From assembly GCA_040386515.1 (NCBI GenBank), contig JAZKFG010000002.1:15074-79073 (forward strand): 64,000 nt of DNA, read 5' to 3'. How positions within the stretch are numbered: the first letter of the stretch is position 1; each line of letters starts with the position of its first letter. Below are positions 27,754 to 38,678 of the stretch, in pieces. Origin of the DNA: Patescibacteria group bacterium. GTDB lineage: Bacteria > Patescibacteriota > Minisyncoccia > Phycocordibacterales > CAIZLB01. The notes beneath the pieces were generated by a model, which was given only the letters and a program-made list of their open reading frames with translations, ran no database searches and had not been told where the DNA came from. A program made the translations under genes and the position numbers.

Positions 27754-28515
27754 ATGAGAAAAATTGTATTAATACTTATATTATTAATATTGGTCTTTAT
27801 ACAATTACAAATAAGTTTAAAAATCCCTTTCGACAAAGAGTTTTTAACAGGTTTGATAAATGGTATTCTTTCTAACTTAGTAATATTTTTTGTAGGTATT
27901 TTTGTAATTGATAAAATTATTAAAAATATCGAAAAAGATAAGTTAAGTTTAATCAATAAGGAAAAATCATTCTTTTTTAAATTCAAATTAAATATCTTTG
28001 CATTAAAGTTGTTGCAGCATTTACAGGTTATATCTGTACAAACAAGGCAAGCTAAATTATCCAACGATAAAGGTATAACTTTCAATTGGGTAATGGATGA
28101 ATTTCAGGCATTAACTCAAAATAAAAGTTTTATTGAAATAGTAAATACTCAGTTAGCAAGAAAGACAAATAAACAGAAATATTTACAAAAACTGAGTGAT
28201 ATTTTGAAGGACGACTCAAAGGGTTTTACGGATCAATTAAAAGAAATTTATCCGCATTACGCACCAGATGTATATGAGCTCACTCAAATATTTCCCAAAG
28301 CAGCTGGATTTATATCAGGGATGGCCACAACTTTTTTGGCAGTAGATAAAGCAAATGAAAAAATAGTTAACACTGAGCAAAAAATTCCAGCGGAATTATT
28401 TACCCATATTCTCACCAAAGTAATGATTTCAGATTTCATTAACTTAAATGACGTATTTGTTAATTTAAAAAAGTTATCAGCACGCTCAGAGAATAATGAT
28501 TTATTCATTAAATAA
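27754..28515 (+). CDS. hypothetical membrane protein, very AT-rich
   Basis: Two N-terminal hydrophobic segments, long ORF. Confidence 0.55.
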   Translation: MRKIVLILILLILVFIQLQISLKIPFDKEFLTGLINGILSNLVIFFVGIFVIDKIIKNIEKDKLSLINKEKSFFFKFKLNIFALKLLQHLQVISVQTRQAKLSNDKGITFNWVMDEFQALTQNKSFIEIVNTQLARKTNKQKYLQKLSDILKDDSKGFTDQLKEIYPHYAPDVYELTQIFPKAAGFISGMATTFLAVDKANEKIVNTEQKIPAELFTHILTKVMISDFINLNDVFVNLKKLSARSENNDLFIK

Positions 28516-28562
28516 TTCTTTATTCTTTTGCCTCCTACCCAAATCCATAGTACACTCAGCAC

Positions 28563-29834
28563 ATGAACACCTCTCATGTGCCAAAGCCAAAAAAGCTTAA
28601 AAATGGCTTACAATATCTAATCCTCCCAACAGATAGTCAAACAGTCTCAGTATCAGTCATGGTCAAAACAGGCTCTGCCTTCGAGTCTAAAAAGGAAAAT
28701 GGTATTGCTCACTTCCTGGAGCATATGATGTTTAAGGGCACGCAAAAACGTCTTACTGCTAAAGATGTTGCAATAGATTTTGAAAAAATTGGTGCTATAA
28801 ACAATGCCTTCACTTCACATACAACAACGGGGTATTGGGCTAAAGCGCAAAAGGACCATGCTCACACAATCCTTGAGATTCTGTCTGACATTTACAATAA
28901 TGCGCAGTTTAGAACTGTTGAAATAGAAAAAGAGAAAGGTGTTGTGCTTCAGGAAATGGCTATGTATGAAGATATGCCGCAAGAAAAAGTAAGCATGATG
29001 TTTGATGAGCTGATGTATCCTGATCAGGCATTTGGTCGAAGTATTCTTGGCAGTAAAGAAACAGTAAACAGTTTAAATGAAAAACAACTTCGAAATTTTT
29101 ATAATACGCATTATGGACGTGAAAGAACATGGATTGTTATTTCAGGTGGAGTGGATGCGGCAGCGATTGAAAAAGATATTAAAAAGTATTTTGGAAATGC
29201 GCAAGATAAAGTTCATGTCGAGCAAAAACTCATTGAGCCAAAGGTTAAAAAAGCAGGGGAGAAGTATTCTTTTAAAGAGAAGAAAACGGATCAGGTTCAT
29301 TTTGTACTAGGTATGCAAGCGGATGGATATTTAAGTGAGGATAGATATGTGTATCAAATCCTAGCCACAATTCTTGGCCGCGGCATGAGTTCAAGATTAT
29401 TTATTAAAATGCGAGAAGAGTTGGGTATTTGCTATTATACAAATGCTGGATATGGAACACTCACAGAAACAGTGGGACAGTTTGGAGTAAGTGCTGGGGT
29501 AGATGTAAAAAGAGTAGATCTTGGGCTAAAAACTGTTATTGAGGAGTGCATGCAATTTACCAAAGAATTAGTATCTGATGATGAGCTTGCCAAAGCAAAG
29601 CAAATGCTTAAATCTAGTATTGCTATGAATATGGAGACTGCTGAGGATATTGCTAACTTCTACGCTACTCAGTATATGAGAAATGTGAAAATTAAAACTC
29701 CCGATCAAATATACAAAATGCTGGACAAGGTGACTGCCGAGGACGTTATGAGAATTGCCAAGAAAACCTTTATTTTAAAGGATATGTATTTGGCTGCCAT
29801 AGGTGAGAACATATCAGGGTTGCGTATAATGTAA
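28563..29834 (+). CDS. M16B family zinc peptidase
   Basis: 'GIAHFLEHMMFKGT', 'NAFTS', 'GMSSRLF..RE..G.CY'. Confidence 0.92.
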   Translation: MNTSHVPKPKKLKNGLQYLILPTDSQTVSVSVMVKTGSAFESKKENGIAHFLEHMMFKGTQKRLTAKDVAIDFEKIGAINNAFTSHTTTGYWAKAQKDHAHTILEILSDIYNNAQFRTVEIEKEKGVVLQEMAMYEDMPQEKVSMMFDELMYPDQAFGRSILGSKETVNSLNEKQLRNFYNTHYGRERTWIVISGGVDAAAIEKDIKKYFGNAQDKVHVEQKLIEPKVKKAGEKYSFKEKKTDQVHFVLGMQADGYLSEDRYVYQILATILGRGMSSRLFIKMREELGICYYTNAGYGTLTETVGQFGVSAGVDVKRVDLGLKTVIEECMQFTKELVSDDELAKAKQMLKSSIAMNMETAEDIANFYATQYMRNVKIKTPDQIYKMLDKVTAEDVMRIAKKTFILKDMYLAAIGENISGLRIM

Positions 29835-29856
29835 ATGAACATGATATACTCCTAAT

Positions 29857-30933
29857 ATGAATATTACAGGAGGAACAATCGCCAAAGTTATTTGTGGAAT
29901 ATTTGCCTTCTTCGCAATTGTCCATCTTCAGTCGCTCATAGTTTCAATATTGGTTGCGGTAGTGGTTGCATCATTTATAGAACCATTAATTCTATTCTTT
30001 ACTAAGAGAGGGCTTGGAAGAGGGGTGTCTGTATTTATTACCTATGCACTTATACTTGCTGTTGTGATGTCATTTATTTTTCTTGCCTTGCCACCGCTCG
30101 TACGAGAAACATTTTCAGCAATTAACTCTTTGCCAACGACTATAAAAACAGCAGATGTATTGAATCCAATACAAAAGAGTTTGTATACGGTAGCGCGAAA
30201 TATTTTCCCTGATATACCACAGCGAATCTCTATTGAGGATTTGGTAGGATTGATTACATCTTCGTTCTCCAACTTTGTAGGAGGAGTATTTGATACAGTA
30301 AGCAGATTCTTTGGGGGAGTAATTAGTTTTGTAATTGTTATTGTATTATCAGTATATTTGTCTATTGAACACAGGGGTGTGGCACGATTTCTTGGACTTA
30401 TCACTCCGCGGCAATACGAAAAATACGTAATCGACTTATGGACACGTGTTCAGATCAAAATTGGACGGTGGATTCAAGGTCAGTTTATATTAATGGGAAT
30501 TATATTCGTATTAGTGTTTATTTCATTATCTATTTGTAAATTGGTTCTCGGTGATCAGATACAGCATGTATTCTTGCTCTCACTTATTGCTGGCGTACTT
30601 GAGTTTATACCTGTAATTGGGGTTATAGTATCGACTATCATTGCATTCCTATTCACACTGTTAAATGGAGGAGTATCGGTTGCAGTGCTTGTGGTAATTA
30701 TTTTTACTCTTATTCATCAGACAGAATCGCATATCTTTTATCCATTGGTCATGAAGAAGATTACAGGAGTTCCGCCTCTTCTTGTTATTATTTCGCTTGT
30801 AGCAGGTATTGAGCTTGCTGGTTTTGTAGGAGTACTTCTCTCGATTCCCGCTGCAGTACTTATTGTAGAATATCTTGACGATCACAACCGACGCAAGCAA
30901 ATGCTTGAAAATGCTGCTAGAGACGAGGAATAG
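29857..30933 (+). CDS. AI-2E (PerM/UPF0118) family transporter
   Basis: Multi-TM; 'W..GQ', 'EFIPVIG', 'GFVGVLLSIP'. Confidence 0.85.
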   Translation: MNITGGTIAKVICGIFAFFAIVHLQSLIVSILVAVVVASFIEPLILFFTKRGLGRGVSVFITYALILAVVMSFIFLALPPLVRETFSAINSLPTTIKTADVLNPIQKSLYTVARNIFPDIPQRISIEDLVGLITSSFSNFVGGVFDTVSRFFGGVISFVIVIVLSVYLSIEHRGVARFLGLITPRQYEKYVIDLWTRVQIKIGRWIQGQFILMGIIFVLVFISLSICKLVLGDQIQHVFLLSLIAGVLEFIPVIGVIVSTIIAFLFTLLNGGVSVAVLVVIIFTLIHQTESHIFYPLVMKKITGVPPLLVIISLVAGIELAGFVGVLLSIPAAVLIVEYLDDHNRRKQMLENAARDEE

Positions 30934-30953
30934 GGTGTGCTACTATAGAATGT

Positions 30954-32399
30954 ATGACCGACCCATTCTATATCACAACCCCAATATTTTATCCTAATGG
31001 TAAGCTCCATATCGGACATCTCTATACTGAGACGGTCTGTGATGTTTTTGCACGAATGGCTCGAATGGTAGGCAGACCTACATACTTTTTAACAGGTGCA
31101 GATGAAAACAGTTTAAAGATTGAAGAAACAGCCAAGAAACATGGTAAGGGTATTATGGAATTTTTGGATGAGCAGTCTATTGATTTTCAAAGGTTATTTG
31201 CAGAATTTCATATATCATATGATCAATATATTCGTACAACCGATCCTGACGTGCATCATATTGGTGTAATTGAAATGTGGAATCGTATTAAAAAAGCAGG
31301 GGATATATATGAAGGTGAGTATGAAGGGTATTATTGTGTTGGATGTGAAGGATTTAAAACTGAAAAAGATTTGATAGATGGTAAATGTCCTATTCATGAT
31401 ACTGTGGCAGAATTCTTGAAAGAGAAAAACTATTTTTTCAGACTTTCAAAATATTCAGATGAAATTAAGAAACGTATTGAATCAGGGGAATTTAAAATTA
31501 CTCCAGAAGCTCGGCGTAACGAAGTATTGGCACATCTTGAAGAAGGCTTAACAGACATCAGTTTTTCAAGACCAAACAAAGGCCAGCCAAATACAATTCC
31601 TGTTCCTGAAGATCCGACACAGGCTATTTATGTGTGGGGGGATGCGCTTGTAAACTATATTTCAGCGCTTGGATTTGGTACTGGTGCTACAACTCTTTTT
31701 GATAGATTCTGGCCAGCAACGGTACAGATTATGGGAAAAGATATTATTCGATTCCATGCTGAAATTTGGGCAGGTATGCTTTTGTCTGCTGGACTTCCAT
31801 TGCCTAAAGAGATTCTTGCACATGGACTTCTCCTTTCAGGTGGAAGAAAAATGGGTAAATCAAATGGAAATGGAATTGATCCTGAGGAAATGATTGCACT
31901 TGTTGGGGCAGAAGGGCTTCGATTTTATTTTGCATATGAAGTACCTCTTACTGATGACGGAGAAATATCAAAAGATTTAATCATTGCATCGTATAACGCG
32001 CATCTTGCGAATGGTATTGGAAACCTTACTAATAGATTATTGAAAATGGCCATATCATATGATGTTCAATTTGACCCTTATGCTGCAAAGGCTATGCCAC
32101 TTTGGGATATATGTCTTTCTACTACTCGAGAATGTTTGAAGAATCTGGATATTACTGGCTACTCTGCTTTTGTGTGGAAAGAGTTTGCAGGTATTGATAA
32201 AGAAATTCAAGATACTGAACCATTCAAATTATTTAAAACAGACTCGGAAAAAGCTCGTGCAATTGTGAGTGAGATGATGATGAAGTTTTATATCTTGGCA
32301 AATTTTGCTGAGCCTATTTTGCCGCATACTGTGCCGCATATTGTGCGATGTATCGAAACTCGAACAATGCCAGAGCAGGCTTTGTTCTTAAAAATATAA
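30954..32399 (+). CDS. metG: methionine--tRNA ligase (no C-terminal OB domain)
   Basis: 'YITTPIFYPNGKLHIGH', CxxC..CPIH knuckle, 'YVWGDAL', 'GKDIIRFH', 'KMGKS'. Confidence 0.95.
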   Translation: MTDPFYITTPIFYPNGKLHIGHLYTETVCDVFARMARMVGRPTYFLTGADENSLKIEETAKKHGKGIMEFLDEQSIDFQRLFAEFHISYDQYIRTTDPDVHHIGVIEMWNRIKKAGDIYEGEYEGYYCVGCEGFKTEKDLIDGKCPIHDTVAEFLKEKNYFFRLSKYSDEIKKRIESGEFKITPEARRNEVLAHLEEGLTDISFSRPNKGQPNTIPVPEDPTQAIYVWGDALVNYISALGFGTGATTLFDRFWPATVQIMGKDIIRFHAEIWAGMLLSAGLPLPKEILAHGLLLSGGRKMGKSNGNGIDPEEMIALVGAEGLRFYFAYEVPLTDDGEISKDLIIASYNAHLANGIGNLTNRLLKMAISYDVQFDPYAAKAMPLWDICLSTTRECLKNLDITGYSAFVWKEFAGIDKEIQDTEPFKLFKTDSEKARAIVSEMMMKFYILANFAEPILPHTVPHIVRCIETRTMPEQALFLKI

Positions 32400-32411
32400 G
32401 TGTCAATAGTC

Positions 32412-33263
32412 ATGTCAAGCCCAACACAGTCGTCAACTCAAGAATTTCCATATGTTGATTTGCATAGCCATCTTCAGTTTGAGGATTTTGATGTAGATAG
32501 AGAAGGGATAATTGCGAAGATGCAGGAGGAGGGCGTTATTACTATCAATGTAGGGACAACGCTTGAGACTTCAAGACTTGGTGTAGAGCTTGCAGCAAAT
32601 TATGCCGAGACCTGTTACGCCACAGTGGGTTTGCATCCGGTGTACGCGGACGAAGGCAAGGAAGAGCAGGGTCTTGAAAATCTTATTGTACATGATACAA
32701 GTGGGCAAATTGTAGGAATAGGAGAGTGTGGTATGGATTTTTTTAGAGGTATAAAAGTCGAAGAAGATAAATTTGCTGAATCTGAAGACAAGGTGATTCA
32801 AGAAAAAGTTTTTATTGATCAAATACAATTGGCAATAAAACACAATTTGCCGCTCATGCTTCATGTTCGGGATTCCTATCAAAAAACTTTAGAAATTCTT
32901 TCAAAATACTTTAAGGCAGGGGAGTTAGAGTATAGAGGGAATGCTCATTTCTTTGTCGGCACAATAGAAGAGGCTCGAGCATTCTTAAATCTTGGTTTTA
33001 GCATATCTTTCACAGGTGTTATTACATTTGTACCTGCATATGAAGAGTTGGTTCGTTTTGTTCCACTTGAGCGTATGTTTGCCGAGACTGATAGTCCGTA
33101 TGTCTCTCCTGTACCGTTTAGAGGAAAGCGCAATAATCCTGTACATGTGATTGAGGTCTATAAAAAGATAGCTGAGATTAAGAATATTCCTCTTGAGGTT
33201 GTAAAAGAAACCTTGTATAAAAACGCTTGTAAATACTGGCTAAAAAGCCGACATATTGACTAG
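32412..33263 (+). CDS. tatD: TatD family DNase
   Basis: 'DLHSHL', 'GLHP', 'GIGECGMD', 'LHVRD', 'ETDSPY'. Confidence 0.92.
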   Translation: MSSPTQSSTQEFPYVDLHSHLQFEDFDVDREGIIAKMQEEGVITINVGTTLETSRLGVELAANYAETCYATVGLHPVYADEGKEEQGLENLIVHDTSGQIVGIGECGMDFFRGIKVEEDKFAESEDKVIQEKVFIDQIQLAIKHNLPLMLHVRDSYQKTLEILSKYFKAGELEYRGNAHFFVGTIEEARAFLNLGFSISFTGVITFVPAYEELVRFVPLERMFAETDSPYVSPVPFRGKRNNPVHVIEVYKKIAEIKNIPLEVVKETLYKNACKYWLKSRHID

Positions 33264-33296
33264 CTTTTATCAAAGTTCTGTGCTAAAGTAACCGTC

Positions 33297-33767
33297 ATGA
33301 CCGAAAATAAAACAATAAGCACAAAGGAAGGCTTCAAGGTATATGAATTAGGTATTCATCTCCTCCCGACCCTCTCTGAGGCTGATGTTCAGGTAGAATT
33401 TTCAAAAATTAAAGCACAAATCGAGAAGCTACAAGGAGAATTTATCTCTGAGTCTGCACCTCGACTGTTCACTTTAGCGTATGAGATTCCAAAGACTATC
33501 AAAGCTCAAAAGAGATGGTATGAAACCGCGTACTTTGGCTGGGTTAAGTTCGAATTAGAAGCAAAAGAACTCGCAGCGTTTGAAAAGTTTGTTAAAGAAC
33601 TTGAAAATACACTACGATATCTACTCGTAAAAACAGTACGAGAAGATACTATTGTTTCTCCAGATCTCCTTGCCAATGATATCGTGATTACGGAAGATGT
33701 TACTATAGCAAAAGATGTTGCACCAGAAGCTTCAGTAGAAGCTCCTGTTGAAACAGAAACGCTATAA
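33297..33767 (+). CDS. rpsF: 30S ribosomal protein S6
   Basis: 'YELGIHL.P', 'LAYEI', 'LRYLLVK'; upstream of ssb-rpsR. Confidence 0.85.
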   Translation: MTENKTISTKEGFKVYELGIHLLPTLSEADVQVEFSKIKAQIEKLQGEFISESAPRLFTLAYEIPKTIKAQKRWYETAYFGWVKFELEAKELAAFEKFVKELENTLRYLLVKTVREDTIVSPDLLANDIVITEDVTIAKDVAPEASVEAPVETETL

Positions 33768-33841
33768 TTCTGCTATACTTTTTAGTGTTCAACGTGTGTC
33801 AAAACATACATTATCAGCTAAAAAATTAAACAAAACGTACC

Positions 33842-34318
33842 ATGTACATAAACAAAGTAACTTTATACGGGAATCTTACTAAAGATCCAGAACTAAAATC
33901 ATTACCAAACGGTACTCATGTAAGCTCATTCAGTGTAGCTACAAACCGAGCAGTTAAAGATCAGTCTGGAGCTCGTAAAGATGTTCCTGAGTATCACAAT
34001 GTTGTAGCTTTTGGAAAGCAGGCAGAATTGATACATCAGTATATAAAAAAGGGTAATCCAATTTATCTAGATGGTCGAATTCAAACTCGTTCATGGGATG
34101 GTCAAGATGGAAAGAAGCAATATAGAACAGAAGTTGTTCTTGAGAACTTCCAATTTGGTCCTAAAGGAACAGGTAGTGGGGCAGGGGCTGCAGGAGGAGG
34201 ATACAATTCTTCATCAGCACATGACTCTGATTCAGCATCGCAAGATACAGGGAGCTCTGATATTGGTACAGTTAAATATCCAGACGAAGAAATCAATCCT
34301 GAAGATATTCCATTCTAA
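33842..34318 (+). CDS. ssb: single-stranded DNA-binding protein
   Basis: 'NKVTLYGNLTKDPE', acidic tail 'EDIPF'. Confidence 0.97.
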   Translation: MYINKVTLYGNLTKDPELKSLPNGTHVSSFSVATNRAVKDQSGARKDVPEYHNVVAFGKQAELIHQYIKKGNPIYLDGRIQTRSWDGQDGKKQYRTEVVLENFQFGPKGTGSGAGAAGGGYNSSSAHDSDSASQDTGSSDIGTVKYPDEEINPEDIPF

Positions 34319-34347
34319 TTATAAATATTAAAAATCATACATATTAC

Positions 34348-34554
34348 ATGTCAAAAAAGTGCTACTTCACAGAAAATAATATACAACACATTGACTATAA
34401 AAATGTGCATATATTAGGTAAATTCCTAAATAAATATGGTCGAATCGCAGGACGAAAGCGTTCTGGGGTAACTGCAAAGCATCAGAGAAATCTTGCTCTT
34501 GCTGTTAAGAGAGCTCGATTCATGGCTCTTATTCCATACATCAACAACGCATAA
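34348..34554 (+). CDS. rpsR: 30S ribosomal protein S18
   Basis: 'IDYKN', 'HQR.LA.AVKRARFMALIPY'. Confidence 0.96.
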   Translation: MSKKCYFTENNIQHIDYKNVHILGKFLNKYGRIAGRKRSGVTAKHQRNLALAVKRARFMALIPYINNA

Positions 34555-34560
34555 AGCGTA

Positions 34561-34598
34561 AGCATAAAACCCTCGGGATAAACCGAGGGTTTTATGCT
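34561..34598. terminator. intrinsic terminator of rpsF-ssb-rpsR
   Basis: agcataaaaccctcgg-gataaa-ccgagggttttatgct perfect 16-bp stem. Confidence 0.75.
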
Positions 34599-34606
34599 AT
34601 ACAATG

Positions 34607-34660
34607 GAAAAACAAAATACCTACACTTAGCTTAGTCTGCGGTGTAGGTATTTTGTTTTT
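34607..34660. terminator. hairpin, probable recA terminator
   Basis: aaaaacaaaatacctacac...gtgtaggtattttgttttt. Confidence 0.6.
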
Positions 34661-34668
34661 GTGATTGA

Positions 34669-35757
34669 TTATGCTTCTTTAAGCTTTGTTCTGATAATGC
34701 CGAGAATCTCATTCTTAAGTTCTACATTCTCCTTTAAGAATTGTCGTGTAGCATCGTAGCCTCGTCCAAGTTTTATATCGCCATATGCATATGAAGAACC
34801 ACTTTTTGTAATAATTTTCATATTTTCACCAAGAGCAATAATTTCTCCCTCAAGTGAAATACCTTCGTTGTACATAAGGTCGAATTCTGTTTGCTTGAAA
34901 GGAGCCGCTACTTTATTCTTAACTACTTTAACTCGTACTCGTCCTCCCATTACATCTTCACCTTTTTTGATTTGAGCAATACGTCGTATATCGAGTCTGA
35001 TAGAAGTGTAAAACTTCAAGGCTTTTCCTCCTGGTGTTGTTTCTGGATTACCAAACATTACACCAATTTGCATTCGTATCTGGTTTATAAAAATAACAAT
35101 AGTCTTACTTTTAGCCACAATAGCTGTAAGCTTTCGAAGTGCCTGTGACATAAGTCGAGCCTGTTTTCCAACATGCTGTGCACCCATTTCTCCTTCGATC
35201 TCATCTTTAGGGGTAAGGGCAGCAACTGAGTCAATAACAATAACATCTATCTTTCCACTTCGTACAAGACTCTCTGTGATCTCTAGTGCTTGTTCTCCAG
35301 CATCTGGCTGTGAAATAAGTAGGTTGTTGATGTTTACTCCTAGTCGAGCTGCATAATCAGGGTCCATGGCATGTTCTGCATCAATAAATGCACACACACC
35401 ATTTTTCTTTTGTGCTTCAGCAATAACATGAAGGGCAAGGGTGGTCTTACCTGATGATTCTGGTCCGAAGATCTCTATAATTCTTCCTCGTGGAAGTCCT
35501 CCAACCCCAAGTGCTGCATCAAGACCGATAGATCCTGTTGGTACAACATCAAGATCAACCTTAGGTTTTTCTCCAAGCTTCATAATAGATTCGTCACCGA
35601 AACGGCTTTTAATCTCTGCAATTGTATCGGCAATAGTGTCTTGAACTGAATCCTTACTTGATGCTTTCTTTTTAGCTGCTTTGGCATTCTCAATCTCGAG
35701 ATCTTCTAAAGCCATTTCTTCCTCTTCTGTTCGTTTTGCTGGTTTCTTTTTTTGCAT
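34669..35757 (-). CDS. recA: recombinase A
   Basis: 'GPESSGKTT', 'FIDAEHA', '[12 protein letters not shown]', 'INQIR', 'GGKALKFY'. Confidence 0.98.
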   Translation of the reverse strand: MQKKKPAKRTEEEEMALEDLEIENAKAAKKKASSKDSVQDTIADTIAEIKSRFGDESIMKLGEKPKVDLDVVPTGSIGLDAALGVGGLPRGRIIEIFGPESSGKTTLALHVIAEAQKKNGVCAFIDAEHAMDPDYAARLGVNINNLLISQPDAGEQALEITESLVRSGKIDVIVIDSVAALTPKDEIEGEMGAQHVGKQARLMSQALRKLTAIVAKSKTIVIFINQIRMQIGVMFGNPETTPGGKALKFYTSIRLDIRRIAQIKKGEDVMGGRVRVKVVKNKVAAPFKQTEFDLMYNEGISLEGEIIALGENMKIITKSGSSYAYGDIKLGRGYDATRQFLKENVELKNEILGIIRTKLKEA

Positions 35758-35787
35758 AGTGGTATTTGGGTATTTATGTTTATGATT

Positions 35788-36177
35788 TTATAATCTCGTA
35801 TCTAAGTCCTTATCTGTATAGTATACACTGATATCTTTCTTGACTTCTTTGCCAAATCTATCTTTAGCTGAAATTGTTAAATTGTTAACTCCTGGATACA
35901 GGGTAATATATTCATTGAATTTACCTGCAGTATCTGTATATATTTTACGATTTCCAATATGAATTTCTGATATATTTGATGTGGCTCCCGATAAGGCATA
36001 CAGACTCTTTTCTGTTGTAATTTTCTCACATTCAGAAGTAGGGCAGAGTAGTTGCACACGAGGTCCTTCTACCACTTTTCTAAGCTCAAACGCTGTTAAT
36101 GCAAGTATGCTCAAAGTTCCTAATGTAAGTAACCCTATTTTAATCTTCGTTTTACCGTCTGTATACCCTAGTGTCAT
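35788..36177 (-). CDS. membrane-anchored Ig-like domain protein
   Basis: N-terminal TM; 'G.F...I.LYPGVN.LTI.AKDRFG' Ig-like pattern. Confidence 0.6.
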   Translation of the reverse strand: MTLGYTDGKTKIKIGLLTLGTLSILALTAFELRKVVEGPRVQLLCPTSECEKITTEKSLYALSGATSNISEIHIGNRKIYTDTAGKFNEYITLYPGVNNLTISAKDRFGKEVKKDISVYYTDKDLDTRL

Positions 36178-36233
36178 GATATTGTTTTGTAGTTAAACTT
36201 TTAATAAATTATTTATATAATATTGTACAATTT

Positions 36234-38609
36234 TTATATAACTCTATCTGTAGGTTCATCTTCTTCGAGTAATTCATCTGCCTGGCTCTCAAGATCATCT
36301 GATCGAGAACTACTCTCTTTTCCTACAAGTACTTCTCGTGGACGGGCGCCGTCTGATGGGCCAATAACTCCTTTTGATTCAAGAATATCCATAAGACGAG
36401 CTGCTCGAGAATAACCTATACGGAACTTACGCTGTAGATATGATGTAGAGGCCTTTTTTGCATCTATAACAGCTTGTTTTGCCTCATCATACAGATCATC
36501 ATCAGATTCTTCAGGCTCTTCCGCTCCATCGAATGAAGAAGCGAATATTGCATTAGTTCCTGCATTTTCTTGTTCTTGAGCGCCAAGTTGTATTGTGTCT
36601 GGAACATACTCCATATTATCGATAAGGTATTTAACAATAGTCTTAGTCTCGTTCTCGCCAATGTTAGGTGACTGTACTCGCTGAGGACTAGACATTGAGC
36701 CTGTTTTAAAGAGCATATCTCCTTTACCTAGAAGCTCTTCTGCGCCTCTATCGTCAAGAATAGTTCTTGAGTCAATTTGAGATGCTACCTGAAGGGCGAG
36801 TCGTGAAGGAATGTTTGCTTTAATTGTACCAGTAATAACGTTAACTGATGGGCGTTGTGTTGAAAGTACAAGGTGTATTCCTACAGCTCGTGACATTTGA
36901 GCAAGTCGTACAATACCTGCCTCAAGCTCTTTTGGATATGTCTGCATAATATCTGCCAACTCATCAATTACTATAACTATATATGGCATTGTCTCAGGGA
37001 GAGTTTCCTCAAGATTATCTGCCTCCTCTGGCTTCTTATTTGTAACCTTTTTGGCCGCCTCAAGTGCCGGCATAAGAATGTTCTTATGATATGAATCAAT
37101 ATCTCGTACCTGATGCTTTTCAAGTAAATCGTATCGTCTCGTCATTTCTTTACCTGCCCATTTAAGAGAAAGAATAGCTTTCTTAGGGTCCGTTATTACA
37201 GGAGTCAAAAGGTGAGGGATTCTATTATATAGAGTAAGTTCAACTCGCTTAGGGTCAATAAAGATAAATCGCAGATTCTCAGGTGAGTTCTTATATAATA
37301 GAGAAGTGACCAAGTTGTGAATCATCACAGACTTACCAGATCCTGTTGTTCCAGCAATAAGTACATGCGGCATCTTTGCAAGATCTTCGTAATACATCTT
37401 TCCTGATACTCCTTTACCAAGGGCAATAAGAAGTGGTTTTGATGATTTCTGATATTCATCACTCGCAAGCAATGTTCCTAGTCCAACCATGGTTTTGCTT
37501 GTGTTAGGCACTTCAATACCTACAAGAGACTTTCCAGGGATTGGAGCTTCGATTCGTATCGGATGGGCTGCAAGAGCAAGAGATAGGTTTTGCTGCAAGC
37601 CTAATATTTTTGAAAGCTTAACTCCCTCAGCTGGTTTAAGGGTGTATCGAGTAACTGATGGACCAACTGATATTTCATCCATTTCTACCTGCACACCAAA
37701 GTTCTGGAGTGTTCTTTTAATGATATTTGCCTTGGCTTTAATATCACCAACTTCAGGTTTACCCTTGTCTTTTTCAAGCAAAGATAGAGGAGGAGGAACA
37801 TATGGCTTTCCTAAAAGCATAGATTTTTTACTTACTTGTAAAAGACTGTCTATTTGAGATGCTTCATCTGTAGCCTTATTCTGTAAAGGTTTTTCAGTGT
37901 CCTTTGTGCTGTCCTTTATAAATGCTGCCTTAACCGTGTCCTTTAGAGACATTTCCTCAGCTTCGATTGGCATATCAATTCGCATTTTTTTATCCTTTTT
38001 ACTTACTGCAGTATCATCGTCTTCAAGAGTTTCTTCATCCTCACCCTCGAGCTTGTCTTTGTTTCTAAATCCAACAAATGAGTATTCAAACAGCACAACA
38101 AGAGAAATAAGGAATAAGGCAGTTAGTACAATATAAGCCAAAGTTTTATCAAATAAGTGTAACAATGGTCCTGCAATAAACTCCCCAAATACACCACCTG
38201 CGCCTAATATAGATATCTCTAATATACCCAAAACAGATATAAGTAGCAGTGTGGCAAAGAGGATTTTGGTCTTAGTGTATGCGGTATTCTCTCTATGTAT
38301 ACTATAGAAGTAAGCCTGGACCCCGAAGAGGAAAGGTAAGACATAATAGCCATACCCTAGTAATCCATGGAACCAAGTGTAGGTAGTAGAACCTATAGCT
38401 CCTCCTAGGCTAAAGGGGGACAATATGAAAAATAAGAATAAGACAAAAAAGACAAGTGCCAGAACAGTGTTCTTCACATAGGGGTTTTCAGGGAGCACCC
38501 TAGGAGTCATACCTTTAAGAAACTCAGACATACCAATGCTTTCTTTGCTGTCAGAGACACTTTCTTTAACATTTTTCTTTCGCTTCGTTTTTGGAATCTT
38601 TTTGGACAT
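36234..38609 (-). CDS. ftsK: DNA translocase FtsK/SpoIIIE
   Basis: N-terminal 4TM, 'HVLIAGTTGSGKS', 'IDPKRVEL', 'DELAD', gamma domain 'LQRKFRIGYSRAARL'. Confidence 0.96.
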   Translation of the reverse strand: MSKKIPKTKRKKNVKESVSDSKESIGMSEFLKGMTPRVLPENPYVKNTVLALVFFVLFLFFILSPFSLGGAIGSTTYTWFHGLLGYGYYVLPFLFGVQAYFYSIHRENTAYTKTKILFATLLLISVLGILEISILGAGGVFGEFIAGPLLHLFDKTLAYIVLTALFLISLVVLFEYSFVGFRNKDKLEGEDEETLEDDDTAVSKKDKKMRIDMPIEAEEMSLKDTVKAAFIKDSTKDTEKPLQNKATDEASQIDSLLQVSKKSMLLGKPYVPPPLSLLEKDKGKPEVGDIKAKANIIKRTLQNFGVQVEMDEISVGPSVTRYTLKPAEGVKLSKILGLQQNLSLALAAHPIRIEAPIPGKSLVGIEVPNTSKTMVGLGTLLASDEYQKSSKPLLIALGKGVSGKMYYEDLAKMPHVLIAGTTGSGKSVMIHNLVTSLLYKNSPENLRFIFIDPKRVELTLYNRIPHLLTPVITDPKKAILSLKWAGKEMTRRYDLLEKHQVRDIDSYHKNILMPALEAAKKVTNKKPEEADNLEETLPETMPYIVIVIDELADIMQTYPKELEAGIVRLAQMSRAVGIHLVLSTQRPSVNVITGTIKANIPSRLALQVASQIDSRTILDDRGAEELLGKGDMLFKTGSMSSPQRVQSPNIGENETKTIVKYLIDNMEYVPDTIQLGAQEQENAGTNAIFASSFDGAEEPEESDDDLYDEAKQAVIDAKKASTSYLQRKFRIGYSRAARLMDILESKGVIGPSDGARPREVLVGKESSSRSDDLESQADELLEEDEPTDRVI

Positions 38610-38678
38610 GTGTCCTATTTTACCATGAGGATAGGCGGAGCCTTGCTTTTTTACTTGTCTTATATATACTGTTTGCTA

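Noticed and set aside
27426-28085. Long antisense ORFs (also 6317-6781, 42735-43169, 37489-37857, 45272-45806)
   Set aside because: Shadow frames of well-supported genes with no motifs.
34348-34600. No rplI after rpsF-ssb-rpsR
   Set aside because: rplI is often unlinked; absence cannot be concluded from this window.
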